A DNA stretch of 64,000 nt from an uncultured Chitinophagaceae bacterium (GCA_964439265.1 CAYTOA010000012.1:11029-75028), one strand, 5' to 3'; counted from the stretch's first letter, positions 44,636-54,495 are shown. The notes: generated from the sequence alone by a model not told the origin. A program made the numbers and translations.

Positions 44636-47600
44636 ATGAACGTTGCCCCGCTGTTCATTCGATGCACCTCTTTTCCATCACTCCACCACACATCCGGCGA
44701 CCGCGCTCCTCAATGTGAATTTCACATCCTCGCAGATATAAGAGACAAATACGAGTTTGACGAATCCCTCTTTGCCGCCAACGGCAACGTCATCTTTCCG
44801 AATTTTCATGCCGCAAGGATTTTTGCGAAGAAGTTGAACGACGCACGCGATCTCGCTCGGTTCCCGGAACGGGGAGTAAGGGCCGGACAGTTGAACGCGC
44901 TGGGGTTGATCGACGAGATCTATCATTACATCCTGCGGGTGTATGAAGAGACTGCCAATCCGGGCGTCTTCGGGCGCGCGCACGGTTATCTGAAAACGAA
45001 TCTTGGCGAGGATGGACTCCAAACAACGATCGATTCATTCGTCTCACTCTTTCCGCCGCTGAAGGTCTACAGGAAAGAATCACCGGCGACAGAATACCTG
45101 GCCGGAATAACAGAGGGACGGTCAAACCAGCACATCACAATCGAAGAATTGATACTGTTGTATTTGACAAATTTCAATCCTGCCGCCTCGAAGTTCGACG
45201 AGTTATTTTCCGACAAAACACTTGCTGAGAAAACGAAATACCAGGCACTCATCAACACGCTGGAAAATTTTTTCAGAACTGAAAGAACATTCGGTCCGGA
45301 GAACCAATTCATTTTCGATCTGCTGCGTGCTCCCATTCTTGCCCATCCCGACAGCCTCGAGGCTCAGCTGGGATACATCAAATCAAAATGGGGGATGCTC
45401 CTTTCATCAAAATTCCTGGACAGAATTCTCGGAAGCCTGGACTTGCTTGACGAGGAGAACAAGGTCGTGATTGGCGGAGGCGCTCAGGCCGTTGTTCCTT
45501 CATACGACGCTGCCGGCTCTCCCGGCGAACGCTCATACGGCTCTTTTGAGGCTGAGCGTTTCACCTCGGACCTGGAGTGGATGCCGAAGGTTGTGCTTCT
45601 CGCAAAAAACACCTACGTATGGCTGGATCAACTTTCGAAAAAATATCACCGCTCGATTACCAAGCTGAACGAAATCCCCGACGAAGAATTGGACCAGCTG
45701 GCCAGATGGAATTTCACCGGCTTGTGGCTGATCGGTTTGTGGGAGCGGAGCAATGCGTCCAGAAAGATCAAGCAGTGGACCGGAAATCCCGAAGCAGTGC
45801 CTTCGGCGTATTCTCTCTATGATTACGAGATTGCGCAGGACATCGGGGGCGAGGAAGCGTTTCAAAACTTGAGCAGCCGCGCATGGCAGCGCGGAATTCG
45901 TCTTGCAGGAGACATGGTGCCGAACCACATGGGGATCTATTCGAAATGGATTATCGAGCATCCTGAATATTTTATCCAATCGGAGTATTGTCCCTTCCCA
46001 AATTATCGTTTTTCCGGCGGAGACCTTTCGGAGAACCAGGACGTTCAACTTCGTATTGAAGACGGCTATTGGTCGAAAAAAGACGCGGCCGTTGTTTTCC
46101 AAAGAATTGACAATCGGACCGGAAGAACGACCTACGTCTACCACGGAAATGACGGGACGAATATGCCGTGGAACGACACCGCGCAATTGGATCTGCTCCG
46201 CGCAGACGTGCGGGAAGCGGTCATCCAGACGATCTTCCATGTCGCCCGGAAATTCTCGATCATCAGGTTCGACGCAGCAATGACGCTCACCAAAAAGCAT
46301 TTTCAGCGGCTCTGGTATCCACAACCCGGAACAGGAGGGGACATCCCATCCCGCGCGGATCATGCATTAAGCAAAGAAGAATTTGACAAATTATTCCCGA
46401 GTGAATTCTGGCGGGACGTCGTCGACCGGATCAACCAGTACATGCCGAGTACGTTGCTCCTGGCGGAAGCATTCTGGCTGATGGAAGGATATTTTGTCCG
46501 CACGCTCGGCATGCACCGTGTCTACAACAGCGCTTTCATGCACATGCTGATGAAGGAAGAAAATGAAAAATATCATCAGCTCCTGAAAAATACCCTGGCG
46601 TTCAACCCGGAGATCCTGAAACGGTACGTCAATTTCATGAGCAATCCGGACGAACAGACGGCCATCGCACAATTCGGAAAAGACGATAAGTATTTCGGCA
46701 TTGTGTTGATGATGGTAACGCTACCCGGTCTTCCGATGTTTGGCCACGGCCAGATCGAGGGATATACGGAAAAGTACGGGATGGAATACAAACGGGCCTA
46801 TTACGACGAGTACCCGGACGGCCAGCTGGTCCTGCGTCACGAGCACGAGGTATTTCCGATCATGAAGAGAAGGCACCTCTTCAGCGATGTCAAGAATTTT
46901 GAAGTGTATGATTTTCAGGATTCGCGCGGACACGTCAATCAGAACGTGTTTGCATATTCCAACATGTCCGGCGGCGAGCGGGCGCTGATCTTTTTCCACA
47001 ACAAGTTTCAGGAATGCAAGGGTCGGATCAGGATGGCAGCGCTGAAATCAACCGCCGAAGGAGGGGAGAGAAGGAGTGAAGAGCGGTCGCTCGGCCAGGC
47101 GTTAGCGATAAACTACGGCGATAATTATTTCTATGTTTTCAAAGACTATAAGTCGGACCTGGAGTATATCCGCACTGGAAAGGAAATTCACGACCAGGGG
47201 ATGTACGCAGAACTGAGAGCCTTTGAATACCATATCTTTTTAGACTTTAGGGAAATTTACGATGACGGCGGAGATTACCATGCCATCGCCCGAAAACTGC
47301 ATGGCGGAGGCGTTCAAAGTATCGGCTGCCTCCTTGTGGAAATGCGTCAGGCACCGATCCATGAGGCCGTAATAGCCCTTCTTTCTGAAGAGATTGTTAC
47401 TACATTTAAGGCTCATTCCCTGCGCACAGCCAGAACTGCAGCGAAGGCGATTCAGATCGGAGAAATCCAGCTTCGGTTCGAGTCATTTTCGAACGAAGTT
47501 AAAAAGCATACCAGATCGAGCGCAGATCTCAAAGCCATCGGATCGATGTTCCTGCACGACATTGAAGCGGCAGGTGCAATCTGGCGGATCCTGCAGCCCG

Positions 47601-48217
47601 TTCGCGGGAAGAAGAGCAAGAAGCCTAGCACTGATTGGGAAAGCGGATTCCGAAAATCGAAATTATTCAAAATGCTTCCGCAATCGGCGGGCAGCGGACT
47701 CCTGTTCTCCTGGATAATCGTCGATAAGCTTTCACAATTCGGTCCGGAAGACGCTCCTCCTTCAGCAAGAACTGAATTGATTGCGTCCTTGAACCTTGAT
47801 AAACCTTTCCGGAAGACGTTCCTCGCAGCCGGGCGGAGCCGCGAGCAGCTTCAGAGAGATATTTGTCTTTTGCGAATCATGACAAAGCATCGAAGTTTTC
47901 TCACCGCTGCAGATGAACATAATCGCTTCTTACGAATGGAACAGCTTTTTGACGACTTTGATGTGCGTGAATTCATTAAAGTAAATCTCTACAACGGAAC
48001 GTGGTATTACAATAAAGAATGTTTCTCAGAGATGATGCAATGGCTTTTCTTCGTTTCACTTATTCATGAATGGAACATCGAGGAGAGTCCGGGGTCGGCA
48101 AACGTGCTCAAGGCATCGCAGAAATTCTCATTCATGAATGAAGTGGAGCAGCTTTCCGACCGGTCCGAATATGATATTGAAAAGCTGCGCAAAAATTTAT
48201 TACTGGAAGAAACATGA
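44636..48217 (+). CDS. Large (1193 aa) alpha-amylase-family (GH13-like) protein with long uncharacterised N- and C-terminal regions
   Basis: The central region carries GH13 conserved regions: GIRLAGDMVPNHMG (region I), IIRFDAAMTL (II), LLLAEAFWL (III) and FMSNPDEQT (IV, with NPD instead of NHD). The start codon is uncertain. Confidence 0.65.
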   Translation: MNVAPLFIRCTSFPSLHHTSGDRAPQCEFHILADIRDKYEFDESLFAANGNVIFPNFHAARIFAKKLNDARDLARFPERGVRAGQLNALGLIDEIYHYILRVYEETANPGVFGRAHGYLKTNLGEDGLQTTIDSFVSLFPPLKVYRKESPATEYLAGITEGRSNQHITIEELILLYLTNFNPAASKFDELFSDKTLAEKTKYQALINTLENFFRTERTFGPENQFIFDLLRAPILAHPDSLEAQLGYIKSKWGMLLSSKFLDRILGSLDLLDEENKVVIGGGAQAVVPSYDAAGSPGERSYGSFEAERFTSDLEWMPKVVLLAKNTYVWLDQLSKKYHRSITKLNEIPDEELDQLARWNFTGLWLIGLWERSNASRKIKQWTGNPEAVPSAYSLYDYEIAQDIGGEEAFQNLSSRAWQRGIRLAGDMVPNHMGIYSKWIIEHPEYFIQSEYCPFPNYRFSGGDLSENQDVQLRIEDGYWSKKDAAVVFQRIDNRTGRTTYVYHGNDGTNMPWNDTAQLDLLRADVREAVIQTIFHVARKFSIIRFDAAMTLTKKHFQRLWYPQPGTGGDIPSRADHALSKEEFDKLFPSEFWRDVVDRINQYMPSTLLLAEAFWLMEGYFVRTLGMHRVYNSAFMHMLMKEENEKYHQLLKNTLAFNPEILKRYVNFMSNPDEQTAIAQFGKDDKYFGIVLMMVTLPGLPMFGHGQIEGYTEKYGMEYKRAYYDEYPDGQLVLRHEHEVFPIMKRRHLFSDVKNFEVYDFQDSRGHVNQNVFAYSNMSGGERALIFFHNKFQECKGRIRMAALKSTAEGGERRSEERSLGQALAINYGDNYFYVFKDYKSDLEYIRTGKEIHDQGMYAELRAFEYHIFLDFREIYDDGGDYHAIARKLHGGGVQSIGCLLVEMRQAPIHEAVIALLSEEIVTTFKAHSLRTARTAAKAIQIGEIQLRFESFSNEVKKHTRSSADLKAIGSMFLHDIEAAGAIWRILQPVRGKKSKKPSTDWESGFRKSKLFKMLPQSAGSGLLFSWIIVDKLSQFGPEDAPPSARTELIASLNLDKPFRKTFLAAGRSREQLQRDICLLRIMTKHRSFLTAADEHNRFLRMEQLFDDFDVREFIKVNLYNGTWYYNKECFSEMMQWLFFVSLIHEWNIEESPGSANVLKASQKFSFMNEVEQLSDRSEYDIEKLRKNLLLEET

Positions 48218-48294
48218 TATATCGAACAGAGGAGGTCGTTTCGATACAATGAAAAATCGCGAGTACGCAATCGTTACTTTTTTGTTTTTTATTA

Positions 48295-48322
48295 TTGACT
48301 TTTCATTTTTTTCCTTTATATT
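48295..48322 (+). promoter_or_regulatory. Sigma70-like promoter (TTGACT-16-TATATT)
   Basis: TTGACT at 48295-48300, a 16-nt spacer, and TATATT at 48317-48322. It lies in the gap after the GH13-like gene. Confidence 0.4.
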
Positions 48323-48329
48323 TATATCA

Positions 48330-48414
48330 GACCTGTGTGACGCTTCCTCCCCTGAGCGTCGCACCTAGAAAGGGTCGAGCCTGGCGTTCCCCCCCAACGC
48401 CGGGCTTTTTTTTT
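48330..48414 (+). ncRNA. Candidate ~85-nt small RNA or terminator-containing leader
   Basis: Hairpin 1 is GTGTGACGCT-tcctcccctg-AGCGTCGCAC (48335-48364), with a CCUCC-containing loop. Hairpin 2 is GCCTGGCGTT-ccccccc-AACGCCGGGC followed by T9 (48379-48414), a strong intrinsic terminator. No known RNA family recognised. Confidence 0.3.
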
Positions 48415-48443
48415 CTCCCGCAACCTATTATTGAAGGCAGAGT

Positions 48444-48746
48444 ATGGCCAAAGCGACAAAAGAAAAAGAGAAACCTGCAAAACGGAAAGTGAAGAAGATT
48501 GAAATTCTTCCCCTCGAAGCAGTTAATTACAAAATTCTTGTCACCGGCGTTGTTGTTGTGATACTAGGGTATGTTGCTCTTGGGATGGAACCGTGGGATG
48601 GATTTATGGCGTTAACTGTCGCCCCTATACTTCTCCTTGCCGGATACTGCGTCATCATCCCGGTTGGGATCATGTACCGGAGGAAGAGAGTCGAAATTGT
48701 TTCCCCGGCGGCGGAGCAGCCAACTGGAGCGGTAACTCAAAGCTGA
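48444..48746 (+). CDS. Small two-TM membrane protein (DUF3098-like)
   Basis: 100 aa. Lys-rich N-terminus, then NYKILVTGVVVVILGYVALGM and a second hydrophobic helix. The family assignment is tentative. Confidence 0.5.
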   Translation: MAKATKEKEKPAKRKVKKIEILPLEAVNYKILVTGVVVVILGYVALGMEPWDGFMALTVAPILLLAGYCVIIPVGIMYRRKRVEIVSPAAEQPTGAVTQS

Positions 48747-48758
48747 TGGGTGATAGAA

Positions 48759-48791
48759 GCCGCCGCGAAAAGCTTAGGTATATGCGGCGGC
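48759..48791. terminator. Possible hairpin between convergent genes
   Basis: GCCGCCGC ... GCGGCGGC, an 8-bp GC stem with a 17-nt loop. No clear U-tract. Confidence 0.3.
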
Positions 48792-48798
48792 ATTAAGT

Positions 48799-49788
48799 TT
48801 AGCGGAACAGAGGCGAAAGTACCCAGTACGTCAGTGCGGAAACAAGTGCTGAAAGCGGTATTGTTAGGATCCACGCTGTTACAATTCTCCCTGCAACTCC
48901 CCACCGAACGGCAGATAATCTTTTTGTTGCACCGACTCCCATGATAGCACCCGTGATGGTATGTGTGGTGCTCACGCTGATTCCCCAGAAGGCCGTGGCC
49001 AGCAGGGTGATCCCTCCGGCTGTTTCTGCGCAGAATCCGTCGGCCGGTTTTAGTTTAGTCACTTTTTGTCCCATCGTTTTCACGATCCTCCATCCTCCAA
49101 ATAACGTCCCCGTTGCGATCGCGATATGCGAACAGATGATGACCCAAAACGGGACGTGAAACGTCGAGAGGTACCCCGCCGAGACGAGCAACCCCGTTAT
49201 GATCCCCATTGTTTTTTGCGCATCGTTGGTTCCGTGCCCCAGACTATAGAGCGCGGCGGACAGCAATTGAAGCCTTCGGAAAAGGCGATTGATCTTTGAC
49301 GAAGGTTTCTTGTTGAAGATCCACATGAGGATGACCATCAGAACGAAGGCGATCAACATGCCGAAAAGGGGTGCAAGGACGATAAAGACGAGCGTCATTG
49401 TCCAGCCGCTGTAAAGAATTGCCCCGAATCCGGCTTTGGCAATCGCGGCCCCGGCATATCCTCCCATGAGGGCGTGCGACGAACTCGATGGGAGCCCTGA
49501 GTACCATGTGATGAGATTCCAGACGATTGCACCCAGCAAGCCGCAGAGTATCACGTACTCATTCACGCTTTCCAGTTTCACAAGCCCTGACCCGATGGTT
49601 TTTGCGACGCGGACCTCGAAGAGAAAAGCTGCAATCAAATTAAAAAAGGCAGCCCATACGACTGCCTTGCGGGGTGTCAGTACGCGGGTCGATACAATAG
49701 TGGCAATGGAATTTGCAGAATCGTGGAATCCGTTCAAGAAATCGAAAACTAACGCGACGAGTATAATGGAAACGATTAAGGTGAGCAT
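48799..49788 (-). CDS. Inorganic phosphate transporter, PiT family
   Basis: 329 aa. FLNGFHDSANSIATIVSTRVL and HGTNDAQKTMGII are the two PiT signature repeats. Confidence 0.9.
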   Translation of the reverse strand: MLTLIVSIILVALVFDFLNGFHDSANSIATIVSTRVLTPRKAVVWAAFFNLIAAFLFEVRVAKTIGSGLVKLESVNEYVILCGLLGAIVWNLITWYSGLPSSSSHALMGGYAGAAIAKAGFGAILYSGWTMTLVFIVLAPLFGMLIAFVLMVILMWIFNKKPSSKINRLFRRLQLLSAALYSLGHGTNDAQKTMGIITGLLVSAGYLSTFHVPFWVIICSHIAIATGTLFGGWRIVKTMGQKVTKLKPADGFCAETAGGITLLATAFWGISVSTTHTITGAIMGVGATKRLSAVRWGVAGRIVTAWILTIPLSALVSALTYWVLSPLFR

Positions 49789-49809
49789 GGTATCAAAGGG
49801 AATGAATGG

Positions 49810-50457
49810 TTAGGCATGCTTGATCACGATTCCTTCAAGCACGTTGGCGACGTCCTCGCATTTGTCCGTAGCGGTCTCTAATCCCACGTATATTTCTTTG
49901 AGTTTGATAATCTGGATCGGGTTCTTTTCTTTATCGAAGAGTTCAGCGACGGCTTGTTCGAATACTGCGTCGGCGGCGTTCTCGTACTCGTTGACCTTAA
50001 GGAAGACTTTTTGCAGTTCATCAAACTGCTGGATATTTCTCAATAGATTTACGCCATGATGGAGCTCGTTGATGGAAAGCCTGAGGATCTCAGCCAATTG
50101 AGCCATCTTTGGCGGCCAGCTCTTCAATTTATAGAGAACAAACCGGCCTGCGCTTCCGTCCATATGGTCCAGGATGTCGTCGAGCGAAGACGCGAGGGTG
50201 TGAATGTCTTCTCTGTCCAACGGAGTGACAAATGTCGAATTCAGTTCAGAGAAAATCCTGTGCGTGATCGTATCGCCTTCATGTTCATGATCATGGATCT
50301 TGTTGATCAATACTCCTATTTCGGTCTTGTTCTTTGTAAGTGCGATTTGTTTCATTACCTCTGCAGCTTTAACAAGGTTTTGAGCGGATTCTTCGAGCAG
50401 CGTAAAAAACTTATCGTCTTTTGGGAGAAGTCTTTGAATAAGTTGGTCAAATTTCAT
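49810..50457 (-). CDS. DUF47 / PhoU-like phosphate transport regulator (TIGR00153-type), partner of PiT
   Basis: MKFDQLIQRLLPKDDKFFTLLEESAQNL..., HEHEGDTITHRI..., TPLDREDI. Canonical pairing upstream of a PiT gene. Confidence 0.85.
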   Translation of the reverse strand: MKFDQLIQRLLPKDDKFFTLLEESAQNLVKAAEVMKQIALTKNKTEIGVLINKIHDHEHEGDTITHRIFSELNSTFVTPLDREDIHTLASSLDDILDHMDGSAGRFVLYKLKSWPPKMAQLAEILRLSINELHHGVNLLRNIQQFDELQKVFLKVNEYENAADAVFEQAVAELFDKEKNPIQIIKLKEIYVGLETATDKCEDVANVLEGIVIKHA

Positions 50458-51456
50458 CGGGAGGCCCTGGGGTTGGTTGCAGGAGTTATTATTTCCGGCC
50501 TAAAGGTACACATTATGTCTCTGTGATACAACGATTTTTTATAGGAAAAATGATATTGACAGAATCAGTCATAAAAAGGAATTGAGGCAATAGAAATAAC
50601 GAATTACCGGGGCAACGCTGCCGCGGAACGACGGGTTTTTTCGATCGCAGACGAAAGAGGGAGTCAGTTGTTGTATTTGCTTTGCGTGTTTCAATCATGG
50701 ATCCTTGATGTAGCACAGAATTACGCTCACAAAGGGAAAGAGAATCAGGAGCAGATCGTGAAATAGAAATAATTGTCTGAGATTATTATTTCTTTATGCA
50801 TTTCGTCAAGCTTAGTAACGGGGGCACGGTTAGTACCTTGAGAGTGCTTACGGTAAGCCGCTGATCGCAACAAAATACGCGAAGCGTTGTACGGGAAAAG
50901 TCGAAATATTAATTGCCTTACCATACTCCACAGATTCTCGTGCCTTCAGTTGGTGACCTGAAGCACATTCGTGTCAGCGCGCCTTGACTTTCTTTTCCCT
51001 ATCTCCCAAATTCTCCCTAAGTAAATGCACGTATTATTTTTGCGCTGAGATTTTTCCCGTCAGAGGGCAAATCCGTTTCGGCTCACGGACAAGCTCAAGA
51101 ATTCCGGACCTGTGATCTTATTCTGCAGAATGCAGCGAATCGAGTCTTGGTGTCGGGAACCGTTCAGGGAGTCTTATTTGTGTTCAAGATGACAACCCGA
51201 AATAGCAGATGGGTAACTTTCTGGAGGCTGGTCGATGTTGCTTTCAAAATACTCATTCTGGCACTGGCCTGTAATTATTTACGTTCGCAGCCCAATCTCA
51301 TCAGGGCTTCTTTTGGATCGAATTCGAAATCAAGTAATACAGGTACTCAGCTTGGCCTGAAATAATATCTGGTCGAGAACCTCGGATATTGTTGCAAATT
51401 AGCATAAGTCCGTGGAATTGGATGTGAGATGAAATCACTGAAGAGAGAGGTGAACG

Positions 51457-51720
51457 ATGAACCAGCTAACGACAGAAGAGACAAGAAGAATTGTGTTGGA
51501 TGCATCAGTCCTAAGGGCGAGATACCAATATGAGGATGCTATTCGCTTGATTCAAAAGAATATCGAGTCATTTGACCCCAATCTGAAACTCAAAGGGTAC
51601 CTGGAAATGTTTTATTCCAGCAGGGACGGAGGCGATCATGAATTTGCCAAAAAAGTGGCAAAATTAATCGCAAAAGACGATCCAAAGCTGCCGCCTATTC
51701 AGGACTATCTGAAAGAGTAA
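51457..51720 (+). CDS. Hypothetical 87-aa protein
   Basis: The only convincing ORF in a 1.7-kb gene-poor stretch. GAGAGGTG lies upstream of the ATG. Helical composition; no family recognised. Confidence 0.4.
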   Translation: MNQLTTEETRRIVLDASVLRARYQYEDAIRLIQKNIESFDPNLKLKGYLEMFYSSRDGGDHEFAKKVAKLIAKDDPKLPPIQDYLKE

Positions 51721-52180
51721 CCACTTAGGTCTTCGCAGGAACGGCGGTAAAACAGAACCTGCCGGTCCGCGATACGATCGTGCGGCATCGCAAGCGGAAG
51801 GTTGAAGCAATAGCCGCAACTCGTCAGGGAAGATCGTGCAACGCCATAATTTTGGGGGATGTAGATTGACTTTTCCCGGCTTGGACAAATGGGAGTATTG
51901 CAAGTAAACACAAATATTTAGGATCTAGAGAAATACATCGTTAAGAGTCTTCTCAATAAGTGATCTGACCCGCCGATCATTAACATTTCTCAAGAACTGT
52001 TAAGCCTCCTGCGTTGGAGTTCTCAAAACCAACCTTCTTCTCCCAAGCATAAAAAAGCATTTGTTTAATCCTCATTTTTTCGTATATTTTTTGGATGAGT
52101 TATTTCTGGCGCAACTCTCCACCCAACAGATGAACTGTTAGGTGATAGAAAATCGAAATTGCCCTGAAATAGTAAGAGTC

Positions 52181-52252
52181 GAGCGCGTAGCTCAGGGGTA
52201 GAGCATCTGCCTTTTAAGCAGAGGGTCGGTGGTTCGAGCCCACCCGCGCTCA
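52181..52252 (+). tRNA. tRNA-Lys (anticodon TTT)
   Basis: GAGCGCG-TA-GCTC-AGGGGTA-GAGC-A-TCTGC-CTTTTAA-GCAGA-GGGTC-GGTGG-TTCGAGC-CCACC-CGCGCTC-A. Confidence 0.9.
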
Positions 52253-52292
52253 CAAATACGGAGTGTATCATTTACGTAACGTTTTTTAAAGG

Positions 52293-52321
52293 GCCTGGTC
52301 ATTATCGTGATCAGGCTTTTT
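52293..52321 (+). terminator. Intrinsic terminator after tRNA-Lys
   Basis: GCCTGGTCA-ttatcg-TGATCAGGC (one G.U pair) followed by TTTTT. Confidence 0.6.
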
Positions 52322-52518
52322 GTTGTCGACTTGATACCCGGCACATCATAGGCAGATCACGCGCCTGATATTTCAATAGAACATTATGCCGATTTAAATG
52401 TAAGTCAGCTCCGGCAACCTCTCATGAACCATCACCCGCCCGGCCGCTCGAATTGCGCAATCGAGAATAATTGGCTACTTTCAATTTACATTTTCTCATC
52501 ATATTCCTTTGAGGGCTC

Positions 52519-54369
52519 ATGAAACGGCACGTTCTCTCGCTTTGTGTCATTCTTTTCTCCCAAGGCTTATTCGCTCAAGATCCCCGTGTGGATAAGGTCG
52601 AACCGCCGAACTGGTGGGCGGACATGAAGCACAACAAGATCCAATTGATGGTTTACGGCGAAGATTTGGACAGCGTGCAAGTGAAGTCCCTTTCAAGTGA
52701 TATCACTGTGCTGAAAACATATCCACTTTCCAACTCTTCCTACGCGTTCATTGATATTGAAATCAAAAAGAGCGCACAACCCGGCATACCAACGCTGGCT
52801 CTTTCGTCACGCAAGGGGAGTACCAAGCTGAGATTCCCTTTGTTCAAGCGAAGAAAGTCTGATGCCGAGCACCACGGATTCAATTCTTCCGATGTCATTT
52901 ACCTTATTGTTCCCGATCGGTTTGCAAACGGAGATACAACGAACGACAACATCAAGGGGATGCCGGATGGGCTGAGACGGGGCGACCCGCTTGGTAGGCA
53001 TGGGGGCGATTTACAAGGCGTTATTTCCAAGCTCGATTATTTCAACGGCCTCGGCGTTACGACGTTGTGGCTTACTCCCGTGATCGAAAATAATGCACCG
53101 TTTGTAAGCTATCATGGATACGCAGCAACCGATTTGTATAAGGTCGATGCTCGCTTTGGAAGCAATGATCTCTATAAAGAGTTTGTTCGTCAGGCTCACG
53201 AACACAAACTTAAAGTAATTATGGATCACGTGAACAATCATATCAGCATCAATCATCCCTGGATCAAAAACCTTCCGACACCGGATTGGTTGAACGGGAC
53301 GCCGCAAAGTCACCAGGGGCCGTTTCATTCAAAGCCGGAATTAGATGACATTCACACCGATTCGCTGACAAAACAGCGGGCGCCGAACGGCTGGTTCAAT
53401 GATCAGATGCCCGATTTAAACCAGACCAACCCATTCGTCGGAGAGTATTTGAAGCAAAGCACACTTTGGTGGATTGAGTTCAGCGGAGTTGACGGCATTC
53501 GCGAGGATACGTACCCGTACATCGATCCAAAATTCCGGGAGGAATGGTGCAGGTACGTTTTGGATGAATATCCGCGATTCAATATTGTCGGCGAAGTATG
53601 GGTGCAAGACCCTGTGTTCGTTGCTCCGTATCAACGAGGAAGTTATTTCCCGCGAAGCATTAAACCGGAGCTTCCCGCTCTTATGGATTTTGGTTTATAC
53701 GACGCGTTTCTCAAGACGTTTGCCGACACTGCCGGGAGGATCGAGAATGTGTTCACCACTCTTGCGAAAGATTTTCTTTATCCAAACCCGGACAACCTTG
53801 TGATCTTCCTTGACAACCACGACATACGGCGCACCATGTTCAACCTGAACGGCGATGTGAAGCGCTTTAAGCTTGAACTGATGACACTCTTAACGACGCG
53901 CGGGATTCCGCAACTGTTGTACGGAACGGAGATCGGAATGAAAGGGGGGACGGAAGATGGTACGCTTCGGGCAGATTTTCCCGGAGGCTTCCCGAACGAT
54001 CAGCGCGATGCATTTTCAGAAAATGGAAGAACCAAGCAAGAAAACGATATTTTTGATTTTACACAACAGCTTTTGAAGATTCGTTCGACACACAAAAGCC
54101 TTCAGCGAGGCTCGCTAATTCACTACAAACCAAGGAATGAAGTGTATGTCTATTTTAGAATATTGAATAATGAGCGTATCATGGTGGTGATCAATCATAA
54201 CACCGGAAAACAAGTTGTCGACCTCTCGCCTTTCGTATATCATTTGCTTGGAGGCGATGCATTGCGGAATGTGATAACGGGGACTGAAACAAAATTGTCC
54301 GGAACTAGATATCTTGATCTTGAAGGAATGTCTGGGATGATCTTTGAAATTGTCCATGCGCAACAATAG
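52519..54369 (+). CDS. Secreted GH13 alpha-amylase / cyclomaltodextrinase-like enzyme
   Basis: Signal peptide MKRHVLSLCVILFSQGLFAQ. DRFANGDTTND, GGDLQGVISKLDYFNGLGVTTLWLTP, VIMDHVNNHIS, GIREDTYPY, VGEVW, FLDNHD. Confidence 0.9.
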   Translation: MKRHVLSLCVILFSQGLFAQDPRVDKVEPPNWWADMKHNKIQLMVYGEDLDSVQVKSLSSDITVLKTYPLSNSSYAFIDIEIKKSAQPGIPTLALSSRKGSTKLRFPLFKRRKSDAEHHGFNSSDVIYLIVPDRFANGDTTNDNIKGMPDGLRRGDPLGRHGGDLQGVISKLDYFNGLGVTTLWLTPVIENNAPFVSYHGYAATDLYKVDARFGSNDLYKEFVRQAHEHKLKVIMDHVNNHISINHPWIKNLPTPDWLNGTPQSHQGPFHSKPELDDIHTDSLTKQRAPNGWFNDQMPDLNQTNPFVGEYLKQSTLWWIEFSGVDGIREDTYPYIDPKFREEWCRYVLDEYPRFNIVGEVWVQDPVFVAPYQRGSYFPRSIKPELPALMDFGLYDAFLKTFADTAGRIENVFTTLAKDFLYPNPDNLVIFLDNHDIRRTMFNLNGDVKRFKLELMTLLTTRGIPQLLYGTEIGMKGGTEDGTLRADFPGGFPNDQRDAFSENGRTKQENDIFDFTQQLLKIRSTHKSLQRGSLIHYKPRNEVYVYFRILNNERIMVVINHNTGKQVVDLSPFVYHLLGGDALRNVITGTETKLSGTRYLDLEGMSGMIFEIVHAQQ

Positions 54370-54405
54370 CGGCGTTAGCGTCCATACATGGAGACGCTCA
54401 CCACA

Positions 54406-54450
54406 TAAAAAAACGGATTCAAAGAGTTCCTTTCTTTGAATCCGTTCTTT
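54406..54450. terminator. Bidirectional terminator between convergent GH13 and queF
   Basis: AAAAAAA-ACGGATTCAAAGA-gttcctt-TCTTTGAATCCGT-TCTTT. A perfect 13-bp stem. Confidence 0.7.
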
Positions 54451-54495
54451 AAGAAACGATGACTGGGGTCTTACGTTGTCACTGTATCCGACACC

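Noticed and set aside
45533-46363. 276-aa minus-strand ORF
   Set aside because: It is antisense within the GH13-like gene, directly opposite that gene's conserved catalytic regions.
48138-48368. 76-aa ORF (or the internal 39-aa MKNREYAIVTFLFFIIDFSFFSFIFISDL... peptide from 48249) that looks like a small hydrophobic type-I-toxin-like peptide
   Set aside because: The Phe-rich hydrophobicity is produced by translating T-runs of a terminator and promoter region. The long form starts inside the upstream gene, and the nearest GGAGG is 13 nt from the internal ATG.
50716-51147. Checked the ORF-free core for RNase P RNA, tmRNA, 6S or SRP RNA
   Set aside because: None of the signatures was found on either strand: GAGGAAAGUCCGGGC (P4), a tRNA-like GGGG...UCCACCA end, or the SRP GGAAG/AGCA motif. 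The region is retained only as a low-interest finding.
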